Source: Gemmatimonadota bacterium (GTDB lineage: Bacteria; Gemmatimonadota; Gemmatimonadetes; Palauibacterales; Palauibacteraceae). From it: DNA of 23,030 bases. The stretch lies in the NCBI GenBank assembly GCA_046758745.1, contig JBHIAV010000046.1, positions 1 through 23,030 of the forward strand, given 5' to 3'. Made by a program: the position numbers and the translations under genes. The notes under the pieces are model-generated. The model worked only from the letters and a program-made list of their open reading frames with translations. It did not search any database and was not told where the DNA came from. Positions 1 to 8,753 of the stretch are shown in pieces. How positions within the stretch are numbered: position 1 is the first letter of the stretch; each line of letters starts with the position of its first letter.

Positions 1-351
1 CGCGCGTGTGACGGAATCGACCGCGAGCTCCTGCGTCGCCGCGACGCCCCAGCTCCCGTCCACGAACGATCGGACCCCCACGCCGAGGGTCCTGCTCTCG
101 GAGATGCCGGTGATCTGCCGCTCGCGGGTCGTCACGGAGCGCCGGCGTACGAGCTCGAGCCGCGCGTCCGCGTACCGGGCGCCGGCGGCGCGCGCCGCCT
201 CCAGCGCCGCGTGCAGGAGCTCGCGGGCCGCCGGGTCCAGCGTGGGCGGCGCCGAGCGGCCCGCCGGCCCGGCGCGTAGAGCGCCGGGCCTCGCCAGGGC
301 GAGGCCGCCGGCCGCGATCGCCGTGTGCTTCACGAAATCACGCCGCTCCAT
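1..351 (-). CDS. tldD: TldD-family metalloprotease, N-terminal part with Tat signal peptide (runs off left edge)
   Basis: Not in the ORF track. Manual translation from ATG at 351, which overlaps the upstream stop as TGATG: MERRDFVKHTAIAAGGLALARPGALRA...ALEAARAAGARYADARLELVRRRSVTTRERQITGISESRTLGVGVRSFVDGSWGVAAT. GAxYADAR and GVGVRxxVDGxWG match the TldD N-terminus; RRDFVK plus a hydrophobic stretch is a Tat motif. The HExxH motif would lie outside the window. Confidence 0.85.
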   Translation of the reverse strand, partial: MERRDFVKHTAIAAGGLALARPGALRAGPAGRSAPPTLDPAARELLHAALEAARAAGARYADARLELVRRRSVTTRERQITGISESRTLGVGVRSFVDGSWGVAATQELAVDSVTRA

Positions 352-1691
352 CAGACCGCCTCCGACACGCTTGTGAACTCGAACTCGGACACCCGGATCG
401 CGGGCACCTCCCGGGACGCGCTCACCCGCACCGGACGGCTCATCGCCTCCAGCCTGTCGAGCGCGAACAGAGGAGAATCGTTCCATCGGAAGTTGTTGAC
501 CGGGTAGCGAATCTCACCATCCTCGATGAGGAAGGTCCCGTCGCGGGTGAGCCCGGTGTACAGGATCGTGCGCGGATCCACCTGGCGGATGTACCACAGG
601 CGTGTGACCAGAAGGCCCCGTCGCGTGCCGCGGATGAGGTCCTCGAGAGAGGCATCCTCGCCGCGCATGCGCAGCGAATCGGGAGCGCCCGTGGGGCGCG
701 CTCCCTGCTTCTGCGCCCAGAATCGATCGTAGGAGAGCTGCCTCAGCACGCCGTTCTCGATCCACGTCTCCCGCCCGAGGGGGAGGCCGTCGCCCTGGAA
801 GGGTTGCGACCCGAGCCCCGCCGGATCGCTGACCAGCGTGACGCGGGAGTCGAGGATCTTCTCGCCGACCCTCGTGCCACCCGGCGCGCTGAACGCGCTC
901 CGTCCCTCGTCGGCCGAACGGGCGCTCAGGGCGGACGCCAACAGCTGCACCAGATCGGAGACGGCCTCCGGCTCGAACACAACGGCATAGCGGCCCGGCT
1001 CGAGCGAACGCGGCTCCCGAGAGCGGATCGCCTTGTCGACGGCCCGCTCGTGGACGGAAGCGGGATGCATGGCGCTCCAGTCCCGGTCTCCCTCCCCCGC
1101 CCACCCGGAGCCGCTGCCGTCGCCGCTTCGCACCGTGAGGCTGTAGCTCGCGCCGGTCGAGGCGTGGTAGGCGAAGAGACCGGCGCTGTTCGCCACGGCG
1201 CTCGAGCCGGCCGACACGCTGAGAAAGCCGGCCGCCTCCAGGTCTCCGGCGCGGCGCGCGCGGTCTATCGCCTGCGCGGCCACTTCGCCGCGCGGACCGG
1301 GTCCGAGGTCGGCGGTGGCGCCGAAGTAACCCTCCACCTGCGGGTATTCCTGTGGCCCCAGCTCCGGCATCAGCTCGGGATCTTCAGGCGCCAGCCGTGC
1401 GAGGCTCTCCGCCGCCGCCACCGTCTCGCGGAGAGACGCCTCATCGAGCCGGTTCGTGGAGACGGACGCCTCGCGGCGGCCGAAGCGCACCGTGATCGAC
1501 GCCTGCACGCTCTCGAACTCGCCGGCCGTGGTGATCCGGTTCACCGCGTACCGGGTGTTGCCGTTCCAACCGCTCGACAGGTTGACGCGTGCCTCGTCCG
1601 CGCTGCTCAGCCGCAGGATGCGGCCCGCCAGCTCGCGGGCCTCCTGCGGCGACAGCCCCCTCCGGCCGTGGCGCCGCCCATCGCGGCGCAT
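351..1691 (-). CDS. tldE: TldE/PmbA-family protein (non-catalytic partner)
   Basis: TldD/PmbA motifs: NTRYAVNRIT, AVANSAGLFAY, LEPGRYAVVFEPEAV (no HExxH), PFxGDGLP, WIENGVL, GLLVTRLWYIR, TGLTRDGTFLIEDGEI, PVNNFRWN. ATG at 1691 is preferred over 1763, which overlaps the divergent gene. Confidence 0.88.
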   Translation of the reverse strand: MRRDGRRHGRRGLSPQEARELAGRILRLSSADEARVNLSSGWNGNTRYAVNRITTAGEFESVQASITVRFGRREASVSTNRLDEASLRETVAAAESLARLAPEDPELMPELGPQEYPQVEGYFGATADLGPGPRGEVAAQAIDRARRAGDLEAAGFLSVSAGSSAVANSAGLFAYHASTGASYSLTVRSGDGSGSGWAGEGDRDWSAMHPASVHERAVDKAIRSREPRSLEPGRYAVVFEPEAVSDLVQLLASALSARSADEGRSAFSAPGGTRVGEKILDSRVTLVSDPAGLGSQPFQGDGLPLGRETWIENGVLRQLSYDRFWAQKQGARPTGAPDSLRMRGEDASLEDLIRGTRRGLLVTRLWYIRQVDPRTILYTGLTRDGTFLIEDGEIRYPVNNFRWNDSPLFALDRLEAMSRPVRVSASREVPAIRVSEFEFTSVSEAV

Positions 1692-1755
1692 GCCCGCCCT
1701 TACCACGCCGTATCCCCTTCGCCTCCGATCCTCCGAAGGGTTAAGCTTCTCCGTC

Positions 1756-2058
1756 ATGATCAAGTTCCACTATCACACGGCGCGGCGCCCGATCCGACGG
1801 CTCGGCATCCGGCCGGGCGAGCGCCTGTGCCACGCATACAGCGACACCGATCTCGCCGACTTGCAGGAGTGGGGCCGGATGCACGGCCTGCGGCCCGAGT
1901 GGATCGACCGGCGGAGCGCCATGCCGCACTTTGATCTGTTCGGAGAGCGCCTCGACCTCGCGGGGCCGGGGGTCACCCGCGATGAGCTGGTGGCGGATCT
2001 ACGCACGTGGCGGGTCCAAACCGGCCGGGCGAGAGGGAGAAGGAAGAACAGCGGATAG
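1756..2058 (+). CDS. DUF4031-family small protein
   Basis: C-terminal 100 aa of ORF 1456..2058, from ATG 1756. CHAYSDTDLADLQEWGRMHGLRPEWI...PHFDL matches the DUF4031 pattern (H..SD...L..FA..GL...W....HYDL). Confidence 0.7.
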   Translation: MIKFHYHTARRPIRRLGIRPGERLCHAYSDTDLADLQEWGRMHGLRPEWIDRRSAMPHFDLFGERLDLAGPGVTRDELVADLRTWRVQTGRARGRRKNSG

Positions 2059-2125
2059 GCGTCCCCCGACGAGCCTCGGCACGCCGGCTACCACCCGCCG
2101 CCTCACGTACGCGCCCCGGCCGCCC

Positions 2126-4261
2126 TCAGTACGCTTTCAGCTCGAGCAGCGCCCCGGCCAGATCCTCCACCTGCGGGAGGATCGCCGCCTCGAGCTGCGG
2201 CGCGTATGCGACGAACGTGTCCTCCGAGGCCACCCGGCGCACCGGCCCGTCCAACCACTCGAACAGCTCGTCCGCGATGCGCGCGGCGATCTCCGCCCCG
2301 AAGCCCCACGACCGCGCGTCCTCGTACGCGACGATCACCTTGTTCGTCTTCTTCACCGACGCTGCGATCGCCCCCATGTCGAGCGGGCTCAGCGAGCGGA
2401 GGTCGATCACCTCGGCGTCGATGGGACGCTCTTCCTTCTCGAGCTGCCGAACAGCCCGTAGTGTCCTCTCGACCAGGGCCCCATAGGTGACCACCGTGAG
2501 GTCACTCCCCTCGCGCACCACCTTCGCCTTCCCGAACGGGATCATGTAGTCGGGTCCCGGATATCGCCCCTTGTTGTAGGTCTGGCGGTAAAGATGCTTG
2601 TGCTCGAGGAAGAGAACGGGGTCATCGCACCGGATCGCCGTCCGCAACAGACCGTTCGCGTCCACCGCGTTCGAGGGACAGATCACGTGCATGCCGGCGG
2701 TGTGCGTGAAGAGGGTGGCGCCGGTCTGCGAGTGGTACATGGCGCCACCCGCCAGGTAGCCTCCGTACGTGGTGCGGATCACGGCGGGACACTTGAAAGC
2801 GCCGTTCGAGCGCCACCGCATGGTGGTGATCTCGTTGCGCAGCTGATGGAAGGCCGGCCATATGTAGTCGAAGAACTGGATCTCCACCACCGGCTTGAGA
2901 CCGCGCACCGCCATCCCGATCGCGCGTCCGACGATGTTCGCTTCGGCGAGGGGCGAGTTGAACACGCGCTCAGAGCCGAACTCCTTCTGCAGCCCGTGCG
3001 TGACCTTGAACACTCCACCCTTGCCCTTCACCTCGTCGAGGTACCGCTCGCGGCTCACGTCAGCGACATCCTCCCCGAACAAGACGATGCGCGGGTCGCG
3101 TCGCATCTCGTCCCGTAGGCACGCCTTCAGGAGGTCCACCATGGTCGCCTCGCCGCCCTCGAAGCGGGGCTCCGTCCGGAAGGCGCTCGAGCTCGGATCG
3201 ACCTCGAGAGAGTAGACGTGGCGGTATACCGCGTCCGGACCCGGCTGCGGGCGTGCTCCCGCCCGCTCCGCGGCCTCGGCGACTTCGGCGTCCACCTCGT
3301 CCCGAATCGTCTCCAGCTCTTCCTCCGTTGCGAACCCCTCTCGCACGAGGTAGGCGGCGAAGGTGGGGATCGGGTCGCGCCGGGCCTCGGCCTCCCTCTC
3401 GGCCTCCGGCCTGTACGCCCGCTCGTCGTCCGACATCGAGTGGCTGTAGGGCCGGATGACGTGCGCGTGCACCAGAGCCGGGCCCCGGCGCGCCCGGCAG
3501 TGCGCGACAGCCTCCTTCAGCACGACGTAGCTCGCGATCGGGTCCGTCCCGTCGACCTCGCGCACCAGAAGGTCGGGAAAACCGGAGACGACGCGGGAGA
3601 TGCTGCCGCCGGCCGTGTTTACCTCCACCGGGACCGAGATCGCGTAGCCGTTGTCCTCCACCAGGTAGAGGACCGGGAGCTTGAGGTTGGCGGCCGTGTT
3701 GAGGGACTCCCAGAACTCGCCCTCCGACGTGGTCCCGTCTCCCGTGCACACAACCACGATCTCGTCTCCGTGAAAGGAGACGCCCGCGTCCTTCAGGCCG
3801 AGGCGGGCCGCACGTACGCCGGCCTCGGCACACCCGACCGCCTGCAGGAACTGCGTCCCGGTGGGGCTCGAAGAGCTGACGATGTTGTACGCCCGGTGTC
3901 CCCAGTGGGACGGCATCTGACGGCCGCCGCTCGCCGGGTCCTCGGCCGCGCCGACTGCCTGCAGGAACATCTCGTACGGGGTGACGCCGACCTGGAGGCA
4001 GAGAGCACGGTCGCGGTAGTAGGTAAAGTACCAGTCGTACGCCGAGCGCGTCGCGAGACCCGCCGCCACCAGCACCGCCTCGTGGCCGGCGCCGCTGATC
4101 TGGAAGAAGATCTTCTGCTGCCGCTTCATCACGATCTCGCGGTCGTCGATGCGGCGCGACAGGTACATGGTGCGATATATGGAGATGAGGTCGGCCGGGG
4201 CGAGGCCGTGCGACTCCCCCTCGCCGAGCCGCGATGGGACCTGTTCCGTCGGTGTGGCCAT
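2126..4261 (-). CDS. 2-oxoacid dehydrogenase E1, fused alpha+beta (branched-chain/2-oxoisovalerate type likely)
   Basis: TPP motif [15 protein letters not shown]...[25 protein letters not shown] loop; beta domain [54 protein letters not shown] 4261 follows an AGGAAAGG RBS. Confidence 0.93.
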   Translation of the reverse strand: MATPTEQVPSRLGEGESHGLAPADLISIYRTMYLSRRIDDREIVMKRQQKIFFQISGAGHEAVLVAAGLATRSAYDWYFTYYRDRALCLQVGVTPYEMFLQAVGAAEDPASGGRQMPSHWGHRAYNIVSSSSPTGTQFLQAVGCAEAGVRAARLGLKDAGVSFHGDEIVVVCTGDGTTSEGEFWESLNTAANLKLPVLYLVEDNGYAISVPVEVNTAGGSISRVVSGFPDLLVREVDGTDPIASYVVLKEAVAHCRARRGPALVHAHVIRPYSHSMSDDERAYRPEAEREAEARRDPIPTFAAYLVREGFATEEELETIRDEVDAEVAEAAERAGARPQPGPDAVYRHVYSLEVDPSSSAFRTEPRFEGGEATMVDLLKACLRDEMRRDPRIVLFGEDVADVSRERYLDEVKGKGGVFKVTHGLQKEFGSERVFNSPLAEANIVGRAIGMAVRGLKPVVEIQFFDYIWPAFHQLRNEITTMRWRSNGAFKCPAVIRTTYGGYLAGGAMYHSQTGATLFTHTAGMHVICPSNAVDANGLLRTAIRCDDPVLFLEHKHLYRQTYNKGRYPGPDYMIPFGKAKVVREGSDLTVVTYGALVERTLRAVRQLEKEERPIDAEVIDLRSLSPLDMGAIAASVKKTNKVIVAYEDARSWGFGAEIAARIADELFEWLDGPVRRVASEDTFVAYAPQLEAAILPQVEDLAGALLELKAY

Positions 4262-4404
4262 ACCTTTCCTTTCCGGGCTGCCCAGCCTGGAGGTCTCTTC
4301 CGTACCCCGGAAAAGATAGTGGTCAGCAAGAATCATGACTACCGATCGGCCCTCGCTGAGCCGGGGTCCTTGCTCGCCCGGCCGACCCGTGGTAGCCTGG
4401 GGCG

Positions 4405-4421
4405 TTGAGAATGGATCTCAA
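4405..4421. promoter_or_regulatory. Fur-family-like operator (TTGAGA-N5-TCTCAA)
   Basis: Perfect 6-5-6 inverted repeat, AT-rich within GC-rich DNA. It resembles the 7-1-7 TGAGAAT-n-ATTCTCA box and lies ~30 bp upstream of the porin start. Confidence 0.55.
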
Positions 4422-4453
4422 TCTCATACCTGACCCTGGAAAGCGGAGGACCC

Positions 4454-5869
4454 GTGAAGCCCCAACGGCGCTTGCACCCCGTTCCGGCGCTCGCCCGCAC
4501 TGCGGTGGCCCTCATCTCCCTTCTCTTCGCGACGCCCCTACACGCTCAGGAGGAGGCGGAGATGCGTGAACGGCTCGAAAGTCTCGAGCGTGACGTCGCG
4601 GAGCTCCGGGCGCGCCTCCAGGAGGCGCGCGACACTACGGCCGCCCTCGAGACGATCCGCCTTCAGATCGAGGCGATTACCCGGCAGTTGGAGGAGCTTC
4701 GGCTCGGCAGGGAGCTCGTGGTGGTGGCCGACAGCACTGCGCACGGGTTCGGTCCCGCCGCCTCCAAGGTGTATGGGGTGCGTCAGGGAGTGTCGATCGG
4801 CGGGTACGGGGAGCTCCTGTACGAGAACTTCGCGGAGGAGCGCGAAGACGAGGCTCCCTCGGGCAAGACGGACCGGCTCGACTTCCTGCGGGCGATCCTC
4901 TACGCCGGCTACAAGTTCAACGACCGGTTCCTCTTCAACTCCGAGATCGAGTTCGAGCACGCCTCGACGGACCAGAAAGGGTCCGTCTCGATCGAGTTCG
5001 CCTACCTCGACTACCGGGCCTCGGAGCACTTCGGAATCCGCGGGGGCCTCCTTCTCCCTCCGATGGGCTTCCTCAACGAGCTTCACGAGCCGCCGACCTT
5101 CCTCGGCGCCAGGCGGCCCGAGACGGAGCTCCGGATCATCCCGAGCACGTGGCGGGAGAACGGCGTCGGGATCTTCGGCGAGGCGGGCCGCTTCAGCTAT
5201 CGGGCCTATCTGGTCAACGGCTTCGACGCGGTGGGAGGGGGGAGCTCGGGCTCGGGCGGCTTCAGCGCTTCGGGGGTTCGCGGCGGGCGGCAGAAGGGGT
5301 CGAAGACGGTGGCCGAGGACTTCGCTGGCGTGGGAAGGGTCGACTACCTGGGCCGCATGGGTCTCACGGTCGGGACATCGCTGTATCTCGGAGAGGCCGG
5401 GCAGGGAAATCCCATGCCATCGGACCCGACGCGGGAGATCGGTGCGCGCACGTTGATCTGGGAGGGCCACGCGGAATATCGCGCGCACGGCTTCGACCTT
5501 CGCGGCCTCTTCGCCCTGGCCGACATCGACGACGTGGCGGAGCTGAACGAGGCGAAGGGCCTGACCGGCGCGAGCTCCATCGGCGAGCGGCTCATCGGTT
5601 GGTACGTGCAGGCCGGGTACGACGTTCTGAGCGCCGTCTTCACGGAGGCTCAGCTCCTTCCCTACGTCCGCTTCGAGAAGCTGAACACCCAGGACGACGT
5701 GCCCGCGGGCTTCGCCGCGGACCCGGCCAACGACCGGGAGATCCTCACCTTCGGGGCCGCGTGGAAGCCGATCCCGAACATCGTGGTGAAAGCGGACTAC
5801 GCCCTGCAGAGCAACGAGGCCGATACGGGAGTGGACCAGCTGAGCGTGGCGCTCGGCTACCTGTTCTAG
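4454..5869 (+). CDS. Outer-membrane beta-barrel porin (OprO/OprP-like superfamily) with N-terminal coiled coil
   Basis: GGAGG RBS before GTG; signal peptide ending LHA-Q; coiled coil (ERLESLERDVAELRARL); GGYGE, LYAGYKFNDRFLFNSEIEFEH, EFAYLDY, PMGFLNELHEP, IIPSTWRE motifs; C-terminal LGYLF typical of Bam substrates. Confidence 0.8.
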   Translation: MKPQRRLHPVPALARTAVALISLLFATPLHAQEEAEMRERLESLERDVAELRARLQEARDTTAALETIRLQIEAITRQLEELRLGRELVVVADSTAHGFGPAASKVYGVRQGVSIGGYGELLYENFAEEREDEAPSGKTDRLDFLRAILYAGYKFNDRFLFNSEIEFEHASTDQKGSVSIEFAYLDYRASEHFGIRGGLLLPPMGFLNELHEPPTFLGARRPETELRIIPSTWRENGVGIFGEAGRFSYRAYLVNGFDAVGGGSSGSGGFSASGVRGGRQKGSKTVAEDFAGVGRVDYLGRMGLTVGTSLYLGEAGQGNPMPSDPTREIGARTLIWEGHAEYRAHGFDLRGLFALADIDDVAELNEAKGLTGASSIGERLIGWYVQAGYDVLSAVFTEAQLLPYVRFEKLNTQDDVPAGFAADPANDREILTFGAAWKPIPNIVVKADYALQSNEADTGVDQLSVALGYLF

Positions 5870-6004
5870 CCGGTTCCCTGCCGGACCGGCGGATGGCGCG
5901 CCTCGCAGCCCGGTCCCGTGCCGCCTATGATTCGCCTTTGCCCCGGTCGGAGCGTCGTCTCCATTCCGTGCGACCCTGTACGACCGGGGGCCCGCGGAGG
6001 ACGC

Positions 6005-6982
6005 ATGAGGCCTCACGTCGACAGGAAGGCGACGCGCCTCGCGGCGCTCGATGTCGGGACGAACTCGATCCGGCTGGTGGTCGCCCAGGTGGAGAGCGGC
6101 GTCTCCTACCGCATCCTGCGCGAAGAGCGGGAGATGACGCGCCTCGGCGAGAGGCTGAGCGAGACGGCACGGCTCTCGGACCCCGCGATGGAGCGCTCTG
6201 TGGAGGCGATCGGAAGGATGAAGGCGATCGCCGACGCGCTAGAGGCGAGGGAGCTCCGCGCAATCGCGACCAGCGCGGTCAGAGAGGCCGAGAACGGGCG
6301 CGACTTCCTCCGGCTGGCGTGGGAGCGACACCGGATCCGGGTGCAGGTGATCACGGCCGAAGAGGAGGCCCGGCTCGCCCTCCGAAGCGTGGCGCGTCAT
6401 TTCGATGTCGAGGACCGGCCGGTCGCCATCGCGGACATCGGCGGCGGTAGCATGGAGGTCGTCTTCTGCCGCGGCGCAGAAATCGAGCGGGTACACTCGC
6501 TGCCGCTCGGGGCCGTGTGCCTCACCGAGCGGTATCTCCGAGGCGAGCCGATGCGCGAGAAGGAATGGACGAGCCTCCGCGGAGCGATCGACCGCGCGAT
6601 CGAGAGGGCGATCGGCACACCGCCGTTCGACACGCCCCTGATGATCGGTAGCGGGGGGACCTTCACGGCACTGGCGGCGATGGCCATGTTCCAGCGCGAG
6701 GGGCGGACCGGCCCCGTGCAAGGGTACGCGATGACACGATCCGAGGTGGTGCAACTCCTGGATCGCCTGCGCGAGATGCCGCTCGAGCAGCGACGCCGGA
6801 TCGAGGGGCTGAGCCCGGACCGCGCCGACATCATCGTGGCCGGGGCCGCCGCCGTCTCCCGTCTGGCCGAACGGCTCGGCTGCCGGCGCATCCTCGTCAA
6901 CGACGGGGGCATCCGCGACGGTCTTCTCCTCTCCATGATCGCCGAGGTCCCGGAAGGGGACGAGATCTCCTCCCGGGCCTAG
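6005..6982 (+). CDS. ppx: Ppx/GppA exopolyphosphatase, short form without C-terminal HD domain
   Basis: ALDVGTNSIRL, ATSAVREAENG, EEEARL, DIGGGSME, SLPLGAV, GSGGT, RADIIVAG, GIRDG. GGAGG RBS before ATG 6005. Confidence 0.92.
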   Translation: MRPHVDRKATRLAALDVGTNSIRLVVAQVESGVSYRILREEREMTRLGERLSETARLSDPAMERSVEAIGRMKAIADALEARELRAIATSAVREAENGRDFLRLAWERHRIRVQVITAEEEARLALRSVARHFDVEDRPVAIADIGGGSMEVVFCRGAEIERVHSLPLGAVCLTERYLRGEPMREKEWTSLRGAIDRAIERAIGTPPFDTPLMIGSGGTFTALAAMAMFQREGRTGPVQGYAMTRSEVVQLLDRLREMPLEQRRRIEGLSPDRADIIVAGAAAVSRLAERLGCRRILVNDGGIRDGLLLSMIAEVPEGDEISSRA

Positions 6983-6983
6983 C

Positions 6984-7061
6984 CACCACCCCCAGGCGTC
7001 ACTTCCGGGGCTGCCGACACGACCCCCAGGCCTCACTTCCTCGGCTGCCGGCACGACCCCC
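6984..7061. repeat. 34-bp imperfect tandem repeat, about 2.2 copies
   Basis: ACCCCCAGGCGTCACTTCCGGGGCTGCCGACACG at 6988, ACCCCCAGGCCTCACTTCCTCGGCTGCCGGCACG at 7022, partial ACCCCC at 7056. Confidence 0.85.
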
Positions 7062-7244
7062 CGCGCCCCTTCCACCGATACCGGAAACCCTCTCCGAGAT
7101 CGAGAGCCGCGTCACCACCGAGTGACGCGCACGCGACAGCCCGGTGACCCGTCGGGGCGATCTTCCCATCGACTTCGCGAGCGTTCCCACGATGGGAAAG
7201 GGACGCCGAGCCGGAGAAACGATAGATGAATCGAGGGGGGCACC

Positions 7245-7448
7245 ATGCGTAGGTCCAGCGATTGGAAAGGGGTGATCCTGGCGGCGGCCGCGCTCGGCTT
7301 GCTGGCGATGACGGGTTGCGAGTCGGTCACGGCACCCGAGTCGGAGATTCTGCGTGACGAGTTCAAGGTCACACCGGAGCAGGGAAGCGACGATGTGGCG
7401 ATCGACGATTCCGGGCGTCGGACGCGGCCCAAGGGAGTGCAGGAGTAA
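7245..7448 (+). CDS. Small putative lipoprotein (67 aa)
   Basis: GAGGGGG RBS; basic N-region, hydrophobic ILAAAALGLLA, lipobox-like MTG-C; acidic mature region. Confidence 0.7.
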   Translation: MRRSSDWKGVILAAAALGLLAMTGCESVTAPESEILRDEFKVTPEQGSDDVAIDDSGRRTRPKGVQE

Positions 7449-7540
7449 AGCAGGAGCGAAGAGGAGCACGGGAAGGCGGTCGTCAGGGGGGAGCCCCGGG
7501 GAGCCTCGCGGATCGTCGCGCGGGCCTGCACCGGCGGCCG

Positions 7541-7577
7541 GGGGGGTCGGGGAACCTTCGGGGCCCAACCCCCCTTT
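7541..7577 (+). terminator. GC-rich hairpin with cUUCGg tetraloop, possible terminator
   Basis: GGGGGG..GGG..CC-TTCG-GG.CCC..CCCCCC followed by only TTT. Confidence 0.35.
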
Positions 7578-7673
7578 CGAATGGCGAGAGATCCGACCTG
7601 GAGCCGGTTCGCCCCGGGAGACGTCCTCGGTATGGAAGCGACCCGGTACGAACGACTATCTTCCTCCGAGGTC

Positions 7674-8021
7674 ATGAGCAGAAAGACGATCCGGATCACG
7701 CACCGCGAGAGCGGAACGCCGATCGCCGAGGGACCGCTCGGGTGGGGGATCACCCCCTTCGAAGGCAACCTCTACATTGGCCGGAAGCACCTCCTCACCG
7801 ACGGGTTCAAGCCCAACTGGGTTCCCGGCCTGTGCATCTACAAGTTCCTCTACGTGTGGTTGGACCTCGTTCTGCCGGGCGGGCGCAGGGTGAAGGACCT
7901 GGGATGGATGTACTGGCTGCCGAACCCGCTCTTCCCGTTCATCTGGTTCCGAGTCGCCGTGCCGCGATCGCACCCCGAGCTCATCGTGGAGGAAATCGCG
8001 GCCACAACCACTGCAGCATAG
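7674..8021 (+). CDS. DUF427-like small protein
   Basis: EGNLY, CIYK and LGWMYWLPNP...IWFRVAV resemble the DUF427 motifs EGNxY, CPYKG and AWxYxxP...IxxxVAF. GAGG precedes ATG 7674. Confidence 0.55.
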   Translation: MSRKTIRITHRESGTPIAEGPLGWGITPFEGNLYIGRKHLLTDGFKPNWVPGLCIYKFLYVWLDLVLPGGRRVKDLGWMYWLPNPLFPFIWFRVAVPRSHPELIVEEIAATTTAA

Positions 8022-8177
8022 GCAGCGAGCGGAGCGAGCCGGCCGGAACCGTTCAAGACAGCCTTCTGCGTGTGGTTCTTGACCGTGGCGAGCTTCGCCC
8101 GGTACAGTCGTGACCTGACGAAGGCACCCGGGCTCGCACGGTTCCCGAGCGTTTGGTGGGGGGCGTCCGATCACTGA

Positions 8178-8222
8178 GACCGGATTCGGTCCTTCCGGTC
8201 AGACCGTTCATCAGACCTTTCA
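8178..8222. promoter_or_regulatory. Candidate operator cluster (GntR/FadR-like)
   Basis: Palindromes GACCG-GATT-CGGTC (8178-8191) and CGGTC-A-GACCG (8196-8206), plus a 12-bp direct repeat TCAGACC(G/T)TTCA (8199-8222) directly before the RBS of the next gene. Confidence 0.35.
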
Positions 8223-8236
8223 TGGGAGGAATCCAC

Positions 8237-8692
8237 ATGCAGCTCGGCCACATTCCGTTGGCATTGTCTGTCGCGACCTACGACTGGAATCCGAAAATGG
8301 CCGTCTTCTGTTTGGGAGCGCATTTTCTTCCCAATGCCGATGCGCTGGTCGTCAAGGCCCGCTTGGCCAAGCCATCGTTTCACTGTACGGTTACGCACAA
8401 TCTCCTCTTCGCCCTCGCCGTCACCGGCCTGGTTTATCTTGCAGCCCCGCACTACGCTCCCTTCGCTTTCGTGGCGCTGAGCACACACTACCTCGCAGAC
8501 CTGGGGAGCACGGTGGGCCAACCACTCCTCTGGCCCTTCTCGAAAAGGAAGTTCACGCTCGCCCTGTTCGAGGACACCGGATACTGGGGTTGGAAGATGT
8601 ACACCGGTTACTACAAGCAACCGATGGCCTGGGTCCTGGAAGGAGCGGTCGTGGCGTTCTTTGCGTACCGCCTGCACGCCATCAGCCTGTGA
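8237..8692 (+). CDS. YdjM-family membrane-bound metal-dependent hydrolase
   Basis: GGAGGA RBS; N-terminal His, LPNAD (cf. LPDxD), HCTVTHNL (cf. HRxxTHSL), THYLAD and GQPLLWPF; several hydrophobic segments. Confidence 0.8.
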   Translation: MQLGHIPLALSVATYDWNPKMAVFCLGAHFLPNADALVVKARLAKPSFHCTVTHNLLFALAVTGLVYLAAPHYAPFAFVALSTHYLADLGSTVGQPLLWPFSKRKFTLALFEDTGYWGWKMYTGYYKQPMAWVLEGAVVAFFAYRLHAISL

Positions 8693-8753
8693 ACCGCCTT
8701 GACTGTGCGCCGAATGCCGGCCCGAGTCGGTGGACTCGCCGCGCGGGAGGAGC

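Noticed and set aside
5869-5890. Hairpin after the porin stop as a terminator
   Set aside because: Imperfect stem with no U-tract.
804-6450. Long alternative ORFs (804..1934 +, 3218..4408 +, 4538..6016 -, 5149..6450 +)
   Set aside because: Antisense or off-frame shadows of well-supported genes in high-GC DNA; Arg/Gly/Pro-rich with no family motifs.
6984-7061. Possible CRISPR array
   Set aside because: Units are directly adjacent with no spacers, there are only ~2 copies, and no cas genes are present.
7054-7549. Inverted repeat CGACCCCCC / GGGGGGTCG flanking the lipoprotein gene
   Set aside because: Short and homopolymer-rich, so likely chance in GC-rich DNA.
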